64,000 nt of DNA from a virus (taxonomy: Duplodnaviria > Caudoviricetes): IMG/VR virus record IMGVR_UViG_3300042256_000025, one strand, 5' to 3'. The position numbers were made by a program, and so were the translations under genes. This document shows positions 42,501 to 50,961 of this stretch, piece after piece. Every line of letters starts with the position of its first letter. Within the stretch, counting starts at the first letter, position 1. Below the pieces are notes generated by a model. It worked only from the letters and a program-made list of their open reading frames with translations. It was not told the DNA's origin and searched no databases.

Positions 42501-44713
42501 TAGATGAGATGGATGCTGAGACCCGTAAGCTCTTCTTGAATCGGATTAAAATGGAGCAAATCCCACCTAAACTACGCGTCCACCCTTATGAGGTAATGAG
42601 CAACCCGTATGAGGGTGTACCAATCACATCTACCAAAAAAGACATCTACGCATACATTGAGCTTCTAAATAGAGCTGAAGAAGTAAACGTAGATGAGGGT
42701 GTGACAGGTAGTAGTGAGGTAAAGCACGGTATATTGGCTAGCATATGGGGTAAAGTAACTGAAAAGGCTGAAAATATAAAAGTAGGCGTCACTGCGGCTA
42801 TTACTGCTGTGAGTGAAAAGGGTGTAGTAGGAACACTTAGTGATGCGGTGCGTAAAGCGACACCGGTGATCGCGAAAGCGATACCGGGCGCAGGTGCGGT
42901 AATGTACTTAGGCGGTAAAGCCGTGGAGGCATTGCGTAAGGATACGGATGTGGAGCCCATTGAGGGGCTGAGGCTGCTACAATACGGTGTAAACCTAAAG
43001 GACCGTACCTTTGTAAAACGGGTACGTGAGTTGGAACTGCTTGTGCTTGATACCATTACCTGGGTAGGTAAGCGTGCAGAAATAACGGAAGATCCCGAGT
43101 ATTTCTTTAAGCAGATGGCCGAGTCGATGGGCTTGTCCTTTACCAATGAGGAGAACGCCAAGGCTTGGACTACGTGGTTTGCCAAACGCTTTACTCCGGT
43201 ACTCCTTACCCATCTCCAAACCCTGAAACTCCTGGATGAGATTCTGGAGCTTGAAGAGATCGACAAACGCATGTCTGTGGAAATGAAGATTGAATACGTA
43301 AACCGTGTCCAGTTTACCGCGAATGACATTGCGTCTGGGAAGGACCCCTATGTGATCACGGACAGCCCCATGTACGGGGTAGTAGTAGAGTCGCTCAGGG
43401 AAGTGATTGCCGTGTATACGAAACGTTTGCTAGATACCTTGGCAACTGGTCGGATTAACAACAATCAGTCCTTCATGCCGCCTGAGGTGAAGGCGAGTGA
43501 TAAAGCTACAGAGGCCATTTCGCAGGCGAAGGAAACGCAACAGGCTATTAGCAAACAGCGCAGTGAGGAGGCTAAGTCCAAGGCGGGTAACAACAGTCCA
43601 GTGGAAACCGCTAATGGCATGGGTCGCTCAGAGATGGGTAGTGCCTCTAATGGGGATGCGCCGGATACGGATGGCAATATGCCTGCAGGTGTACCCGATG
43701 CACCCAGTAACATGAAGCCGACTGGAGATGGCAGCATGCTCATGCCTGCACAGGGACGCATTAGCTCTGCGTACGGTCGCCGCATGCACCCAACTCGAAA
43801 GGAAATGCATGGACATGGGGGAATCGACATTGCAGCGCCTACTGGTACGCCGGTATATGCGTCAATGGATGGCACTATCTCTCGTCAGTACCGCAGTAGT
43901 AGTTACGGTAATGTTATCTACATTAACCACCCTGATGGTCGCGCTACCCGCTACGCTCACTTGAGTCGGTTTGCGGCAGGGACAGGGGCTGGCGCTGTTG
44001 TGAAGCAGGGTCAGTTAATTGGGTATGTAGGGTCAACAGGTGTCTCTACAGGTCCTCACTTGCACTTTGAGGTGAGAGAAGGCCATGCACAGCGCTCACC
44101 CACGGCGGATCCAATGAAGTTTATTGGTCCGGCACGGGAAATGCTGGCTCAGCAGGAAAAGGAGGTCAAAGAAGCTGAAAGGGGCGATGATATTGGGGAT
44201 CAAGACTTCTCCTTGGAGGGGGTGGATACCATCGCATCGACTACCCTGAAGAAGCCAGTATTGGCGGATGCTGGGATCGCGGACGATGACCCCAGTGTTA
44301 ATGCAACGGCTAACAACGACCCTGTAGCGGGCGCGCTGCATGTTAGTCCTAAGGTAGGGCCCAGTGGAGTAGACGGCACCCTAACGGCTCAGACAGGCGG
44401 TACGGCTAACCTGCCGGATGTAGGGGCAGGCGCTGCCGGTGTGGATGTGGAACGCCTAGTCGGTGAGCAAACGAAACATGCCTCTGAGGCACAACGTCTG
44501 CGTGAGCGGCAGGTTATGACGCAAGAAGAAACCAATGCGAAGATGGACCGACTCATTGCCGCTATTGAAAACCAGCAACCTCCTCAGGTGAACGTATCTG
44601 CAGGAGAACCCAGTCAGCCTAAAGGCACTAAACCTAATACGCCTGTTGGACGGCGTAAAGGGGATTCCCAAGGATCGGGATATAACGGTGTCGTTGGATT
44701 TGACTATTCATAA
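36512..44713 (+). CDS. tape-measure-like tail protein with C-terminal M23 peptidase (phiKZ gp181-like)
   Basis: 2733 aa; SIIEIIPGYLSRILQ and DVYVKGE motifs; M23 motifs HGGID, YAHL, STGPHLHFE; AAGGAGGT RBS. Confidence 0.85.
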   Translation: MAKYDDDVDFDIDSLDDLDVPDIDIMPDDSAAADNRTPATRVADGALKSILRTSTARTAARAIKENALPEGYSMAIDAADDALSLGQDLYDAAAKELEPAVKAAQKMLRKSQEKADKYLPKWLADTVKKLGGEAEEARQYVDPNESAIAGSLGAIFDKYREATAQTAATEANLTLDDKQRSVDRKITIEQGNRQYNQLTTISEGISKLVGYQESVLFDYQRKSLELQHRQYFAARDLLTVTKAMADQNIHELKAIVKNTGLPEAVKLRLSEQYGQLAKADIIGRVQGSVHDFMSNYTSDFRDRAFKKITGAARDLKDGVLMGADMYEQMSEMGETMDEAGIDRARMAGEQLGNLGTSAAFKFGARAIGDRLVTRNKYQERSRLIKILDPDNRLSSRAAKALEARIQQYEASGEPLDLQALTDKESYEDKRVGEEIAETISGDSGLFGIRKRKINAQFKRVLNAGETVERGRFLRGADTMQYLIENAPKVANDWARSGRSVFDNVEVENETLQRLLESGGVQAVEDFIRELAPTFKESFSVNSNLHADAANAVGFDLLTRRSIIEIIPGYLSRILQQVTTLATGEPAERITYSTEREQFVGQSTQDTIVASRLFDQRNVDNRLNDADAVTKLLGGENLDDDVKAALNRRILQLRDDGSTLSLKNLRKTSVAGEDEGLTAALETFLDSEDINFDSENKIKLSRLYDRITAMTRDVNQGLADTNKVADKETLYRLGIVDPKTGKVNAEKVRAYIDGRLRPGEGGEGPAPSADPSPLPAPGPETAPITDDTLTHEYLDLILDAITSGNSGTLTAIEGIQFDAADIGTHERLDAIASTLSEGFEGTYGRLDAITNKAGETGTFSNTVNYNTTSTVNWDDFTPQRKLLVEELFSQFTTLTSTYDGIPIAVDLRSEAPQGTLDASPTHERLDAILDAINGNFETNHVLLQAVAENAGRGGEGGGTVSVEEMGSGLLGKLRSGAGSLVGMLGSYYSWLGRTSLKTVQTAKDAALDVGDRVLKGTGVTGVRDIYVKGKPGVVISAKGLRNGWYFDAETKAPIATIEDVQGPVVDLDGNFVLTQEDYDLGIEDRFGNTLIDAGKGLMRGLGKIYGAQFAFMGAVLKAPLAALDKVKGRFDGVKDVYVKGESTPRMRALLMRNGGYISSRSQKVITHQGQIDGEVLDSKGNVVISLDDIETGLVDRWGIDIEAKGLSGLLGGLAGRGLELGGKLLGKGAKLYGQYLKGVGKVTAGAAGAAWGVVKEGGRRLAGGGGMTREEMMDMFREMQGGGTPELDPSERETLSLWQKLKDQNLTPDMLKSMDLDELKARIPDLNMDALNVGSMEELTAKLSEVGESVRQALTGNQMDIGSRKLLPVLIEQLNVQQGIYRHLTGESWSGPGTDIIRDSYDDILANDDNVSGLKDTVAKVTDNFAREVGKEDDEEGHREGSWRDQRSQLTPEEVKVKEEEKKEEKEERNSWLMDIIGSLGGLFMSGIGALGDKLMIAMGIKSAASTAGDVLDGVDALGNARGTPPGGRKPGLLGKSWKLLKRGAKGARGLLKRGALAAAPLLASSNVGAMALSGASSLASGAAAIGGAIAAAPVGLIIGGAVAAGAAAYGGYKLWSHFRDNASLEPLEALRFMQYGIDTTDQEFIAHVRRIEREFIDDVRWEGMRATFKGDQQEYFKEFGEDMGMDLTNMNDATEWQTWFVKRFGPILLTHLTVLKKIDDSVDVTDVDDELDPKYHADYIKRVQITAEDVASGFNPYEWVASPFKGHEVRNMVEEISEYTDVLLKAAEAGNVDEVEVDSKGNFSSLVEGAKKVYDNVAKVVPGVALIGKAASTVSSAVNTVTESVREKGVLGAAKAGITAVAGSIPFIGGFFKKDEEEEAQSSGKLAPGAKWTLLRMMMYGFGKDTNPDAIKAVMELERRLWKKTESIRITGELKIDWFTLYREVAVSFNRHPADKNGMLKWIKWFKDRFAPAFAVYVYALHAATGEDSLLDSDARLDEMDAETRKLFLNRIKMEQIPPKLRVHPYEVMSNPYEGVPITSTKKDIYAYIELLNRAEEVNVDEGVTGSSEVKHGILASIWGKVTEKAENIKVGVTAAITAVSEKGVVGTLSDAVRKATPVIAKAIPGAGAVMYLGGKAVEALRKDTDVEPIEGLRLLQYGVNLKDRTFVKRVRELELLVLDTITWVGKRAEITEDPEYFFKQMAESMGLSFTNEENAKAWTTWFAKRFTPVLLTHLQTLKLLDEILELEEIDKRMSVEMKIEYVNRVQFTANDIASGKDPYVITDSPMYGVVVESLREVIAVYTKRLLDTLATGRINNNQSFMPPEVKASDKATEAISQAKETQQAISKQRSEEAKSKAGNNSPVETANGMGRSEMGSASNGDAPDTDGNMPAGVPDAPSNMKPTGDGSMLMPAQGRISSAYGRRMHPTRKEMHGHGGIDIAAPTGTPVYASMDGTISRQYRSSSYGNVIYINHPDGRATRYAHLSRFAAGTGAGAVVKQGQLIGYVGSTGVSTGPHLHFEVREGHAQRSPTADPMKFIGPAREMLAQQEKEVKEAERGDDIGDQDFSLEGVDTIASTTLKKPVLADAGIADDDPSVNATANNDPVAGALHVSPKVGPSGVDGTLTAQTGGTANLPDVGAGAAGVDVERLVGEQTKHASEAQRLRERQVMTQEETNAKMDRLIAAIENQQPPQVNVSAGEPSQPKGTKPNTPVGRRKGDSQGSGYNGVVGFDYS

Positions 44714-44765
44714 GTAAGGGGGCCTAGCCCCCTTCTTTCTTTTGACATACTGTAGGAGTCTAGCT

Positions 44766-46823
44766 ATGGCTACCCCCATCCCAGAGAGTGGAATACGGTC
44801 AGATGCCGACTGGATTCGACAAGCTTTCTTTGTACCCGGGTTAACCACCAAAAACGGTATTGGCGGTGCAAAGATACGGGATAGCGAATCTCGAGGTCAG
44901 CGGTTTTCATCTGCTGAACTCAAATATACGGATACCACGCCGGGTGGTAACTTTGCGATTAACCCCCGGCCACAGTTTACCCGCTATTGTGACCCTAAGG
45001 TACCGGGAATCAATCCAGATAGCCGGGGTATGGGTGAATATTACTCTGAGGCTATTGATGACAATGCACAAATCATCCATATGCAGTTTGGGGTACCCGA
45101 ATATAACTCCCTCACCAACTTCTTTGGTCGATTTTACGATACGGCGGTAGGTCGCTTAGCCAATACCGGGGATGCCTCTGACTTTACATTCTTTGCAGGA
45201 CAAGTGGTGGGGTATGTACTAACAGCCCCCTTCCAGGTCGTCAACAGCGTCATTAACTTTGTAAAACGTATCTGGAACTTTGTAAACACGACACCCTATA
45301 GTCGGTTTTACTACATGAAGCCTGTGATGCCGATGTACTGGTCTACTGTCAGCCATCTGTTAAACCGTATTGGTGTGAATATGGGGATTATAAATGGCCC
45401 CACACCTGATGACGTTACTCTGGATAGTGAGGGTAGCGCTACCAAGATTACGTATAACAATGGGTTAAGTGCGTCTGAGTTTGAGGTACTGAACCGGTTG
45501 TTACCAGACGTCATGACCTCCGATGGCGGTATAGATGTCTTTGCAATTTCAACTCGCGCCCAGCGGCTTGCGAATGCGCATTATAAAACCTTAAATGGAA
45601 TAGAGAAGGATTTTCGAGGAGCGCCTAAAGAGCAATTCGACAGGGAAGTGTTAAAGTACATCGAGGGGAACTTTGACCCTAATCCCCCCAGTAAACATCG
45701 TAGCTTACCGGAGTATCTAAATACCTTCTATAAAGGGGGAACAATTGGTCAAGGGGTAGGGGCGGATGATCCTCAGGCGGCTGTGGACGCTCACACGACT
45801 GAAGGCAGTGCCGCGGACAGTGTACCCGATAAGCGGAATGGGCGGGCTATGTCCGATGGCGGGGTTGAGGTTGCACGTGCATGGAACGACCCGTCCATGA
45901 AGGATTACTTCGATGGGGAGTTAGCCGATGGTGCTGCCTTTGTAAGTTTTGCGGTGGACCATGAAGGTTCAGTGTCAGAGTCATTTTCGAATAGCTTTAA
46001 ATCCTCGGATATTGCGGATAAGCTTAATTCCATTAGCTCCTCTGGCCGGTCTGCCTACTTTAACATGGCCGGTGGTAATGTAGGGGACAATACCATTGTC
46101 AATGGCATTGAAAGTATGTTAGGCGGTATAAAGTCGTTCGTACAGGGGGCTTTAAACTCGGTAGGTCTTGGGGGACTCTCTGCCCTAGGGGGTGCGGCGT
46201 ACGTCGATATTCCTGAGTTTTGGGACAGCGCCAGTGCGGATTTACCTAAGTCCAATTACACCATTAAACTGTCCTCACCCTATGGGAATAAGCTTTCGAT
46301 TCTACTGAACATTTATCTGCCATTGTGTATGTTACTGGCAGGTGCATTACCGCGTACTACCGGTAAGAACTCCTACACCAGCCCATTCCTGTGTAGTCTG
46401 TATGCGCCGGGTCGCAACGTCATTAAACTGGGTATGATTGATAGCCTCTCCATTACCCGCGGTGATGATAGCATGGGGTGGTCAGCCGATGGCCTACCAA
46501 CGTCCGTAGAGGTTTCCTTCTCGGTCGTTAACCTGTCTAAGATTCTACACGTACCCGTGTCAGAGTTAGCAGGTCCTACCGATGCACTGAAGCTTTCCAT
46601 GCTCGATGAGGATACGCCCTTCACGGACTACATGGCGGTATTAGGTGGCCTCTCACTCTATGACCAGTACTACATAACGCCCCGTTTGAAGTTAGCCTGG
46701 CGAAACCAAATAGCCGACTTTGAGCGTTGGTTCTCCATGTCACACTTTGCCTCGCACTTTGCTGGCACAGAGACCATGGCGAACCGTATCATAGGTGCCG
46801 TCTATCGCAGCGGCGATCGATAA
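44766..46823 (+). CDS. virion structural protein (phiKZ gp182-like)
   Basis: GGNFAINPRPQFTRYCD, GMGEYYSEAIDDN, SYTSPFLC, GMIDSLSITRG; ATG 44766 behind AGGAG. Confidence 0.78.
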   Translation: MATPIPESGIRSDADWIRQAFFVPGLTTKNGIGGAKIRDSESRGQRFSSAELKYTDTTPGGNFAINPRPQFTRYCDPKVPGINPDSRGMGEYYSEAIDDNAQIIHMQFGVPEYNSLTNFFGRFYDTAVGRLANTGDASDFTFFAGQVVGYVLTAPFQVVNSVINFVKRIWNFVNTTPYSRFYYMKPVMPMYWSTVSHLLNRIGVNMGIINGPTPDDVTLDSEGSATKITYNNGLSASEFEVLNRLLPDVMTSDGGIDVFAISTRAQRLANAHYKTLNGIEKDFRGAPKEQFDREVLKYIEGNFDPNPPSKHRSLPEYLNTFYKGGTIGQGVGADDPQAAVDAHTTEGSAADSVPDKRNGRAMSDGGVEVARAWNDPSMKDYFDGELADGAAFVSFAVDHEGSVSESFSNSFKSSDIADKLNSISSSGRSAYFNMAGGNVGDNTIVNGIESMLGGIKSFVQGALNSVGLGGLSALGGAAYVDIPEFWDSASADLPKSNYTIKLSSPYGNKLSILLNIYLPLCMLLAGALPRTTGKNSYTSPFLCSLYAPGRNVIKLGMIDSLSITRGDDSMGWSADGLPTSVEVSFSVVNLSKILHVPVSELAGPTDALKLSMLDEDTPFTDYMAVLGGLSLYDQYYITPRLKLAWRNQIADFERWFSMSHFASHFAGTETMANRIIGAVYRSGDR

Positions 46824-46831
46824 AAAGACAT

Positions 46832-46857
46832 GGCCACCGGGGGTAACCCCCGGTGGC
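46832..46857. terminator. bidirectional terminator hairpin
   Basis: gccaccggggg-taa-cccccggtggc between convergent genes. Confidence 0.7.
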
Positions 46858-47222
46858 TAGTCTTCTATTTCACCTTCATATGAAAATGGAATACCTTCAG
46901 CGGCACATGCCTTCTCAATCATCTCCTTTAACAGCAGTCGATGACAGAAAGCCCCTGCTCGACAATAGCAGGCTATTGCTACCTTAGGTTGGCGCAGGAG
47001 CTTATCCCATTGCGATGCATTGACCCTATAGCTGGTTCGCATAAGTCGGTAGTACTCGGTGCGATATTCCTCGGCCGATATCCGCCCGGCCTTATAGTCG
47101 CCGAGAAGTTTAGGGGTAGGGGCAAAACAACGGTTACCACTGCGCAGGGTAATGTCCAATAAAGGAATATCCTTCGCTTTAACTAGCCGCCATTTTGCCA
47201 ACTGTACTGTATAGAGTTCCAT
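46857..47222 (-). CDS. DUF488-like protein
   Basis: FAPT...Y...Y and ACYC...FCHR motifs. Confidence 0.6.
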   Translation of the reverse strand: MELYTVQLAKWRLVKAKDIPLLDITLRSGNRCFAPTPKLLGDYKAGRISAEEYRTEYYRLMRTSYRVNASQWDKLLRQPKVAIACYCRAGAFCHRLLLKEMIEKACAAEGIPFSYEGEIED

Positions 47223-48355
47223 TATATCGCCAAGGATGGATATTGGGACTGGATGAGGTAGCCTAAGGACTTAGGGTCAGTATCAAGGTCCATCGCCATG
47301 ATCGCCGTCGACTTGAGTGGATCAAAGGAGGTAAAGACCTTAATTGCGTCATCAGAGGCATAGCGAAATAGTGTATAGTCGATAATCAAGTCCCCCTCTC
47401 GATCATAGGTTAAACAACCTTCATCGATCAAGTTAAGGTTATCGTAAAAAGCCTCCGCCATACCGCTATGGGCTGACTTAGGCTCCGCACGGTCCAATCG
47501 ATAACTATTGAGTAGTCGTCGGACGGTGTCCCGTCGTAACGACGGTGTGGCACGAGAGCCCATTGCTTCAATGAGTGCTGCAACCTGTGCATGGTTACCT
47601 GAATTCGCTGCGGCTAAGGCTACCTGAGTCTGAATAAAGAGCCGTTCTTCAGGGGTTAAATCGGCCGCCTCAATCGCTGCAACGATTTCTTCAGGTGACA
47701 GGTAGGGGGTCTTAAGGATCGTCTCACTGTTAATGGACGCAAGGGTGCGCACCTTAGTCGGCAACGGATGGCGGGGCCCTAAGTCACTCAATGTCTCCAG
47801 CACCTCTAGACGACTGTCGCCCCGGGTAATCCCGGCATCTAAATACAAATCATCGCCATTTAGCTGACCGCGGTCCATTGCCCCTAGTATTTGATTAACC
47901 GATTCAACGTGTACCGGCAGTGTTTTGTTATTCAGCGACCGGTAGTCGTCCGAGGACATGGTAGTCTGGATGAAGGCCAATAGTGCATTAGTTTCATTAA
48001 TACCCATCCCCCGGAAACGGTTAAAAAAACCAGTGACATCCACTGCTAGCGGGAATGGAGTCTTAATAAAGCTGCGGAGCTGCCCGACTGATAGGCCCAA
48101 GGAGAGCAACTTCTCGAGTAAGAGTTCAAGCTCTCCTTGGGCGAGGGCAGCTTTGAGTGCCTGTAGGTTTTGACTCAGTGCCTTTTCGGCCTCCTCTGGA
48201 GACTGGCCATCTGCAGCGGCTTCCTGTGCAGCGGCAGCAGCGGCAGCAGCCCCTTCAAACGCACTTAAAATCTCCCCCTCACCGTAAACGTCAACAACCC
48301 GTAAACTGTCGTCTGGACCTGTTTTAAAAACAGACTCTTTAGGTGCTACCGGCAT
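47222..48355 (-). CDS. probable virion structural protein (phiKZ gp164-like N-terminus)
   Basis: FKTGPDDSLRVVDVY N-terminal motif recalled from phiKZ-like phages. Confidence 0.5.
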   Translation of the reverse strand: MPVAPKESVFKTGPDDSLRVVDVYGEGEILSAFEGAAAAAAAAQEAAADGQSPEEAEKALSQNLQALKAALAQGELELLLEKLLSLGLSVGQLRSFIKTPFPLAVDVTGFFNRFRGMGINETNALLAFIQTTMSSDDYRSLNNKTLPVHVESVNQILGAMDRGQLNGDDLYLDAGITRGDSRLEVLETLSDLGPRHPLPTKVRTLASINSETILKTPYLSPEEIVAAIEAADLTPEERLFIQTQVALAAANSGNHAQVAALIEAMGSRATPSLRRDTVRRLLNSYRLDRAEPKSAHSGMAEAFYDNLNLIDEGCLTYDREGDLIIDYTLFRYASDDAIKVFTSFDPLKSTAIMAMDLDTDPKSLGYLIQSQYPSLAI

Positions 48356-48431
48356 GGTTAAACCCTCATCCAGTTTAAAAAAAAAAGAGGACCGAAATGA
48401 TCCTCTTGATTTACTATATTATCGCCTAACC

Positions 48432-48923
48432 TTAGGTGGCGTTTGGCGACAACTTAACCAGGGTCATTGGAAAATCCTTAAGCTCCTCCAATAACGTATC
48501 CCGGATCCGAGACCACCGGCCACCTGCATGGCCTGTGCCAATTAAAGGGAAAACGAAACGAACGTTCATGCCCTTATAATACTCAGCTAATCGTTGACAG
48601 GCGACGTCAAAGGCCCCGTAGTCAAAGTGCTGTTCATAGGCGGGCCCATAGCGGTATTGGCAATAGAGGTTATGTACAGTTATAATGTAGTTCTCCTCAA
48701 TCTCCACACTGGCCATTGACCAGTGACCAAGTTTTTCACGGTCGCCTCGGCCAGTCATCAGATCGGCAATTTCCACTTCAGGCCACGCCATGGCAATTGC
48801 TTTTGCTGCACCCGCCCCCATGCGACACTGACAGTTTGCATTATGTATGACGACAATATGTTCTGTCCAGTTATGTGGGTTTGATTCAACGACATCAACA
48901 AGGTTTCCGTAGACTATATCCAT
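48432..48923 (-). CDS. macrodomain (ADP-ribose binding/hydrolase) protein
   Basis: GNL, HNANCQCRMGAGAAKAI, NLYCQ, FPLIGTGHAGG. Confidence 0.85.
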   Translation of the reverse strand: MDIVYGNLVDVVESNPHNWTEHIVVIHNANCQCRMGAGAAKAIAMAWPEVEIADLMTGRGDREKLGHWSMASVEIEENYIITVHNLYCQYRYGPAYEQHFDYGAFDVACQRLAEYYKGMNVRFVFPLIGTGHAGGRWSRIRDTLLEELKDFPMTLVKLSPNAT

Positions 48924-48932
48924 AGAGTCTCC

Positions 48933-49226
48933 TTAATGCACCTTAGGGTCAGCTTCAGGTGCGTAACTGCAAAATAGACACGGCATGCTCCAGCCAATGA
49001 AGCCGTGTTGATCCACATCCGTTGTATAGTACAGTTCCCCACCTACAGTGGGGAGTGCCGGAATGTGATCTATCGGCATATCCAGCGTACGGCCTTGTGC
49101 CTCTATATGCACGCTATGTATTTCCTCATCCACGACCACATTCAAGATGGGGTCTCGAACGACCCGACTGCCCTCTGACAATTTAGGGGCAACTCGAGCG
49201 TACAGGGTGTAAAATCCATCATCCAT
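48933..49226 (-). CDS. hypothetical protein
   Basis: 97-aa ORF in an operon. Confidence 0.65.
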   Translation of the reverse strand: MDDGFYTLYARVAPKLSEGSRVVRDPILNVVVDEEIHSVHIEAQGRTLDMPIDHIPALPTVGGELYYTTDVDQHGFIGWSMPCLFCSYAPEADPKVH

Positions 49227-49227
49227 A

Positions 49228-49929
49228 TCACTGCCTCACCATCAGTCTCTGCCACCGAGTATCAATCATACCGTCCTTGTCCTGAACCAGTGTATTGCTA
49301 AACGACATTCCATTGAAGTAATCAGCCGGAACCGTCATGGGCTCCCATCCAGTATATCGCATGCCGACGCACTGGAAGCGGGGATCTTCGAACCCCTCTA
49401 CAATGTAGAGTGTATCCGGAATAGCGGTTTCACCCGGTTTCAGGGTAGGAGTATTACCCTCCCGCAGGGAGGTAATAAGAGGGTCTTCAACGGCACCGGT
49501 TTCGCGGTTAATCACATCAATCGCTACAATGCGGGTTTCATCTGATTCCCGCGTGGGAATAAGGTGCACTTCAAATCGGATGGCCTTAAAGCGGCGACCT
49601 GCCGTCAGGATCTGAAGTCCCTGATAAAAGTTAGACCAGGTCAAGCTGTCACGGGACAGTGCCTTAACCAGGTTCCCTTTAAGGGAGATGATATCTGATT
49701 TTGCATCGGGTCCCCGGGTCTTGAGTTGCTCCTCATACCAGTCCTTGACACAGCGGTCCCAGTCCTCGGCACCAATCGGCTTTATCCCATGGGGTCCAGA
49801 TCCGGCAACCATTAGCGTCTTGGCCCAGAGTTTCGCCAGAATGTCATTTGCCCTGGCGAAGGCAGCCCTAAGATCATTTAGCTTAGGGCGCATAGGCGAT
49901 GAGCGCGTTTTCTTCATAAAGGTCTCCAC
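49228..49929 (-). CDS. hypothetical protein
   Basis: 233-aa ORF in an operon; start may be the ATG at 49917. Confidence 0.7.
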   Translation of the reverse strand: METFMKKTRSSPMRPKLNDLRAAFARANDILAKLWAKTLMVAGSGPHGIKPIGAEDWDRCVKDWYEEQLKTRGPDAKSDIISLKGNLVKALSRDSLTWSNFYQGLQILTAGRRFKAIRFEVHLIPTRESDETRIVAIDVINRETGAVEDPLITSLREGNTPTLKPGETAIPDTLYIVEGFEDPRFQCVGMRYTGWEPMTVPADYFNGMSFSNTLVQDKDGMIDTRWQRLMVRQ

Positions 49930-49932
49930 TAA

Positions 49933-50430
49933 CTAAAGTGTCAACAGTAACTCCACCAGTGAACGAGTACCGCCTTCTAAGGGCGATAACTTACGTTCCA
50001 CGTAATGGGGCTGTGCATCCACTAAAGTCTTCAGCTCTAAAAGAAGGGCCTCCAACGAAGCCGTATATTTACTAAAAAAGTCGTCCACCGACATTCCCCG
50101 GCGGTGGGTCGATTCCACCAGCCACAGGTGTGCCGAGGCAATGCCCACTGTAGGGGCAATACCCGTTTGGACATAATTAAGTACACCGTCCTCTTCGAGG
50201 GATGCACGCATAGACACTACCAGATCTAACAGCACCATGGCATCGGCGATGGTTGATTCAACCTGTAGGGTTCTAAGTCTAGCACGGTCAGACGCACGGT
50301 GACGTAAGCTATATAAAAGTGTAACGTAGGTTGCCAGCCTGTCGTAGTGTGTGGCGTTACTATCCTCCAATTTAAATAAGGTAAATTCCATGCACAGGCG
50401 TCGTATCCCATGCAGTAACTGTTTGACCAT
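49933..50430 (-). CDS. hypothetical protein
   Basis: ATG 50430 behind AGGAGG; first gene after the promoter at 50481. Confidence 0.7.
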   Translation of the reverse strand: MVKQLLHGIRRLCMEFTLFKLEDSNATHYDRLATYVTLLYSLRHRASDRARLRTLQVESTIADAMVLLDLVVSMRASLEEDGVLNYVQTGIAPTVGIASAHLWLVESTHRRGMSVDDFFSKYTASLEALLLELKTLVDAQPHYVERKLSPLEGGTRSLVELLLTL

Positions 50431-50480
50431 TCTGCCTCCTATGGCGCCTATAAGGGTCACAGTACACTCAATACATTAAG

Positions 50481-50490
50481 GTAATATAGG
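50481..50490 (-). promoter_or_regulatory. phiKZ-type early promoter CCTATATTAC
   Basis: Intergenic copy in a divergent spacer. Confidence 0.7.
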
Positions 50491-50561
50491 TTTTGCATTC
50501 ACACGATTGGACTGCACGGTATGATTGTATGACTTTCACCTGCCTTTATTAGGGGTATACC

Positions 50562-50945
50562 ATGAGCAGTCCATTAGACACCACCCCTGCATCAGTGTTA
50601 AGGCTTGTGCAGGAAAGACGTTTAGCGTTAATAAACGGCAAAGCAGAAGAGATTGATAAAAACCAGGTACAGGTTTTACGGGACTTGGCTAAAACCAGTA
50701 TCGATGAGTTGCGGGTTAATGTCGAAGCAGAAGGGCTAGAGTTGGAACGTGAGATGGCGCAAGCCTTTACCCGTATTGCGGCTAAGGTTACGACCAACCC
50801 TTACCTACAAGGGGAAGTGGTTGACCGTCCTGACGTTACGCTCACGCACGATGACATTCCACCCGTTACACTTGTAGAGGGGGAAACGGCTACTGATCCA
50901 TCTGATCTGGATTTCAAAACCTTTACTGATACAACCCGCATGTAG
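50562..50945 (+). CDS. hypothetical protein
   Basis: 127 aa, AGGGG upstream, hairpin at 50951-50976 downstream. Confidence 0.7.
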   Translation: MSSPLDTTPASVLRLVQERRLALINGKAEEIDKNQVQVLRDLAKTSIDELRVNVEAEGLELEREMAQAFTRIAAKVTTNPYLQGEVVDRPDVTLTHDDIPPVTLVEGETATDPSDLDFKTFTDTTRM

Positions 50946-50961
50946 TGAGTCCCACTGACCC

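Noticed and set aside
36823-44671. Many minus-strand ORFs within the 2733-aa gene
   Set aside because: Antisense shadows with no recognisable domains.
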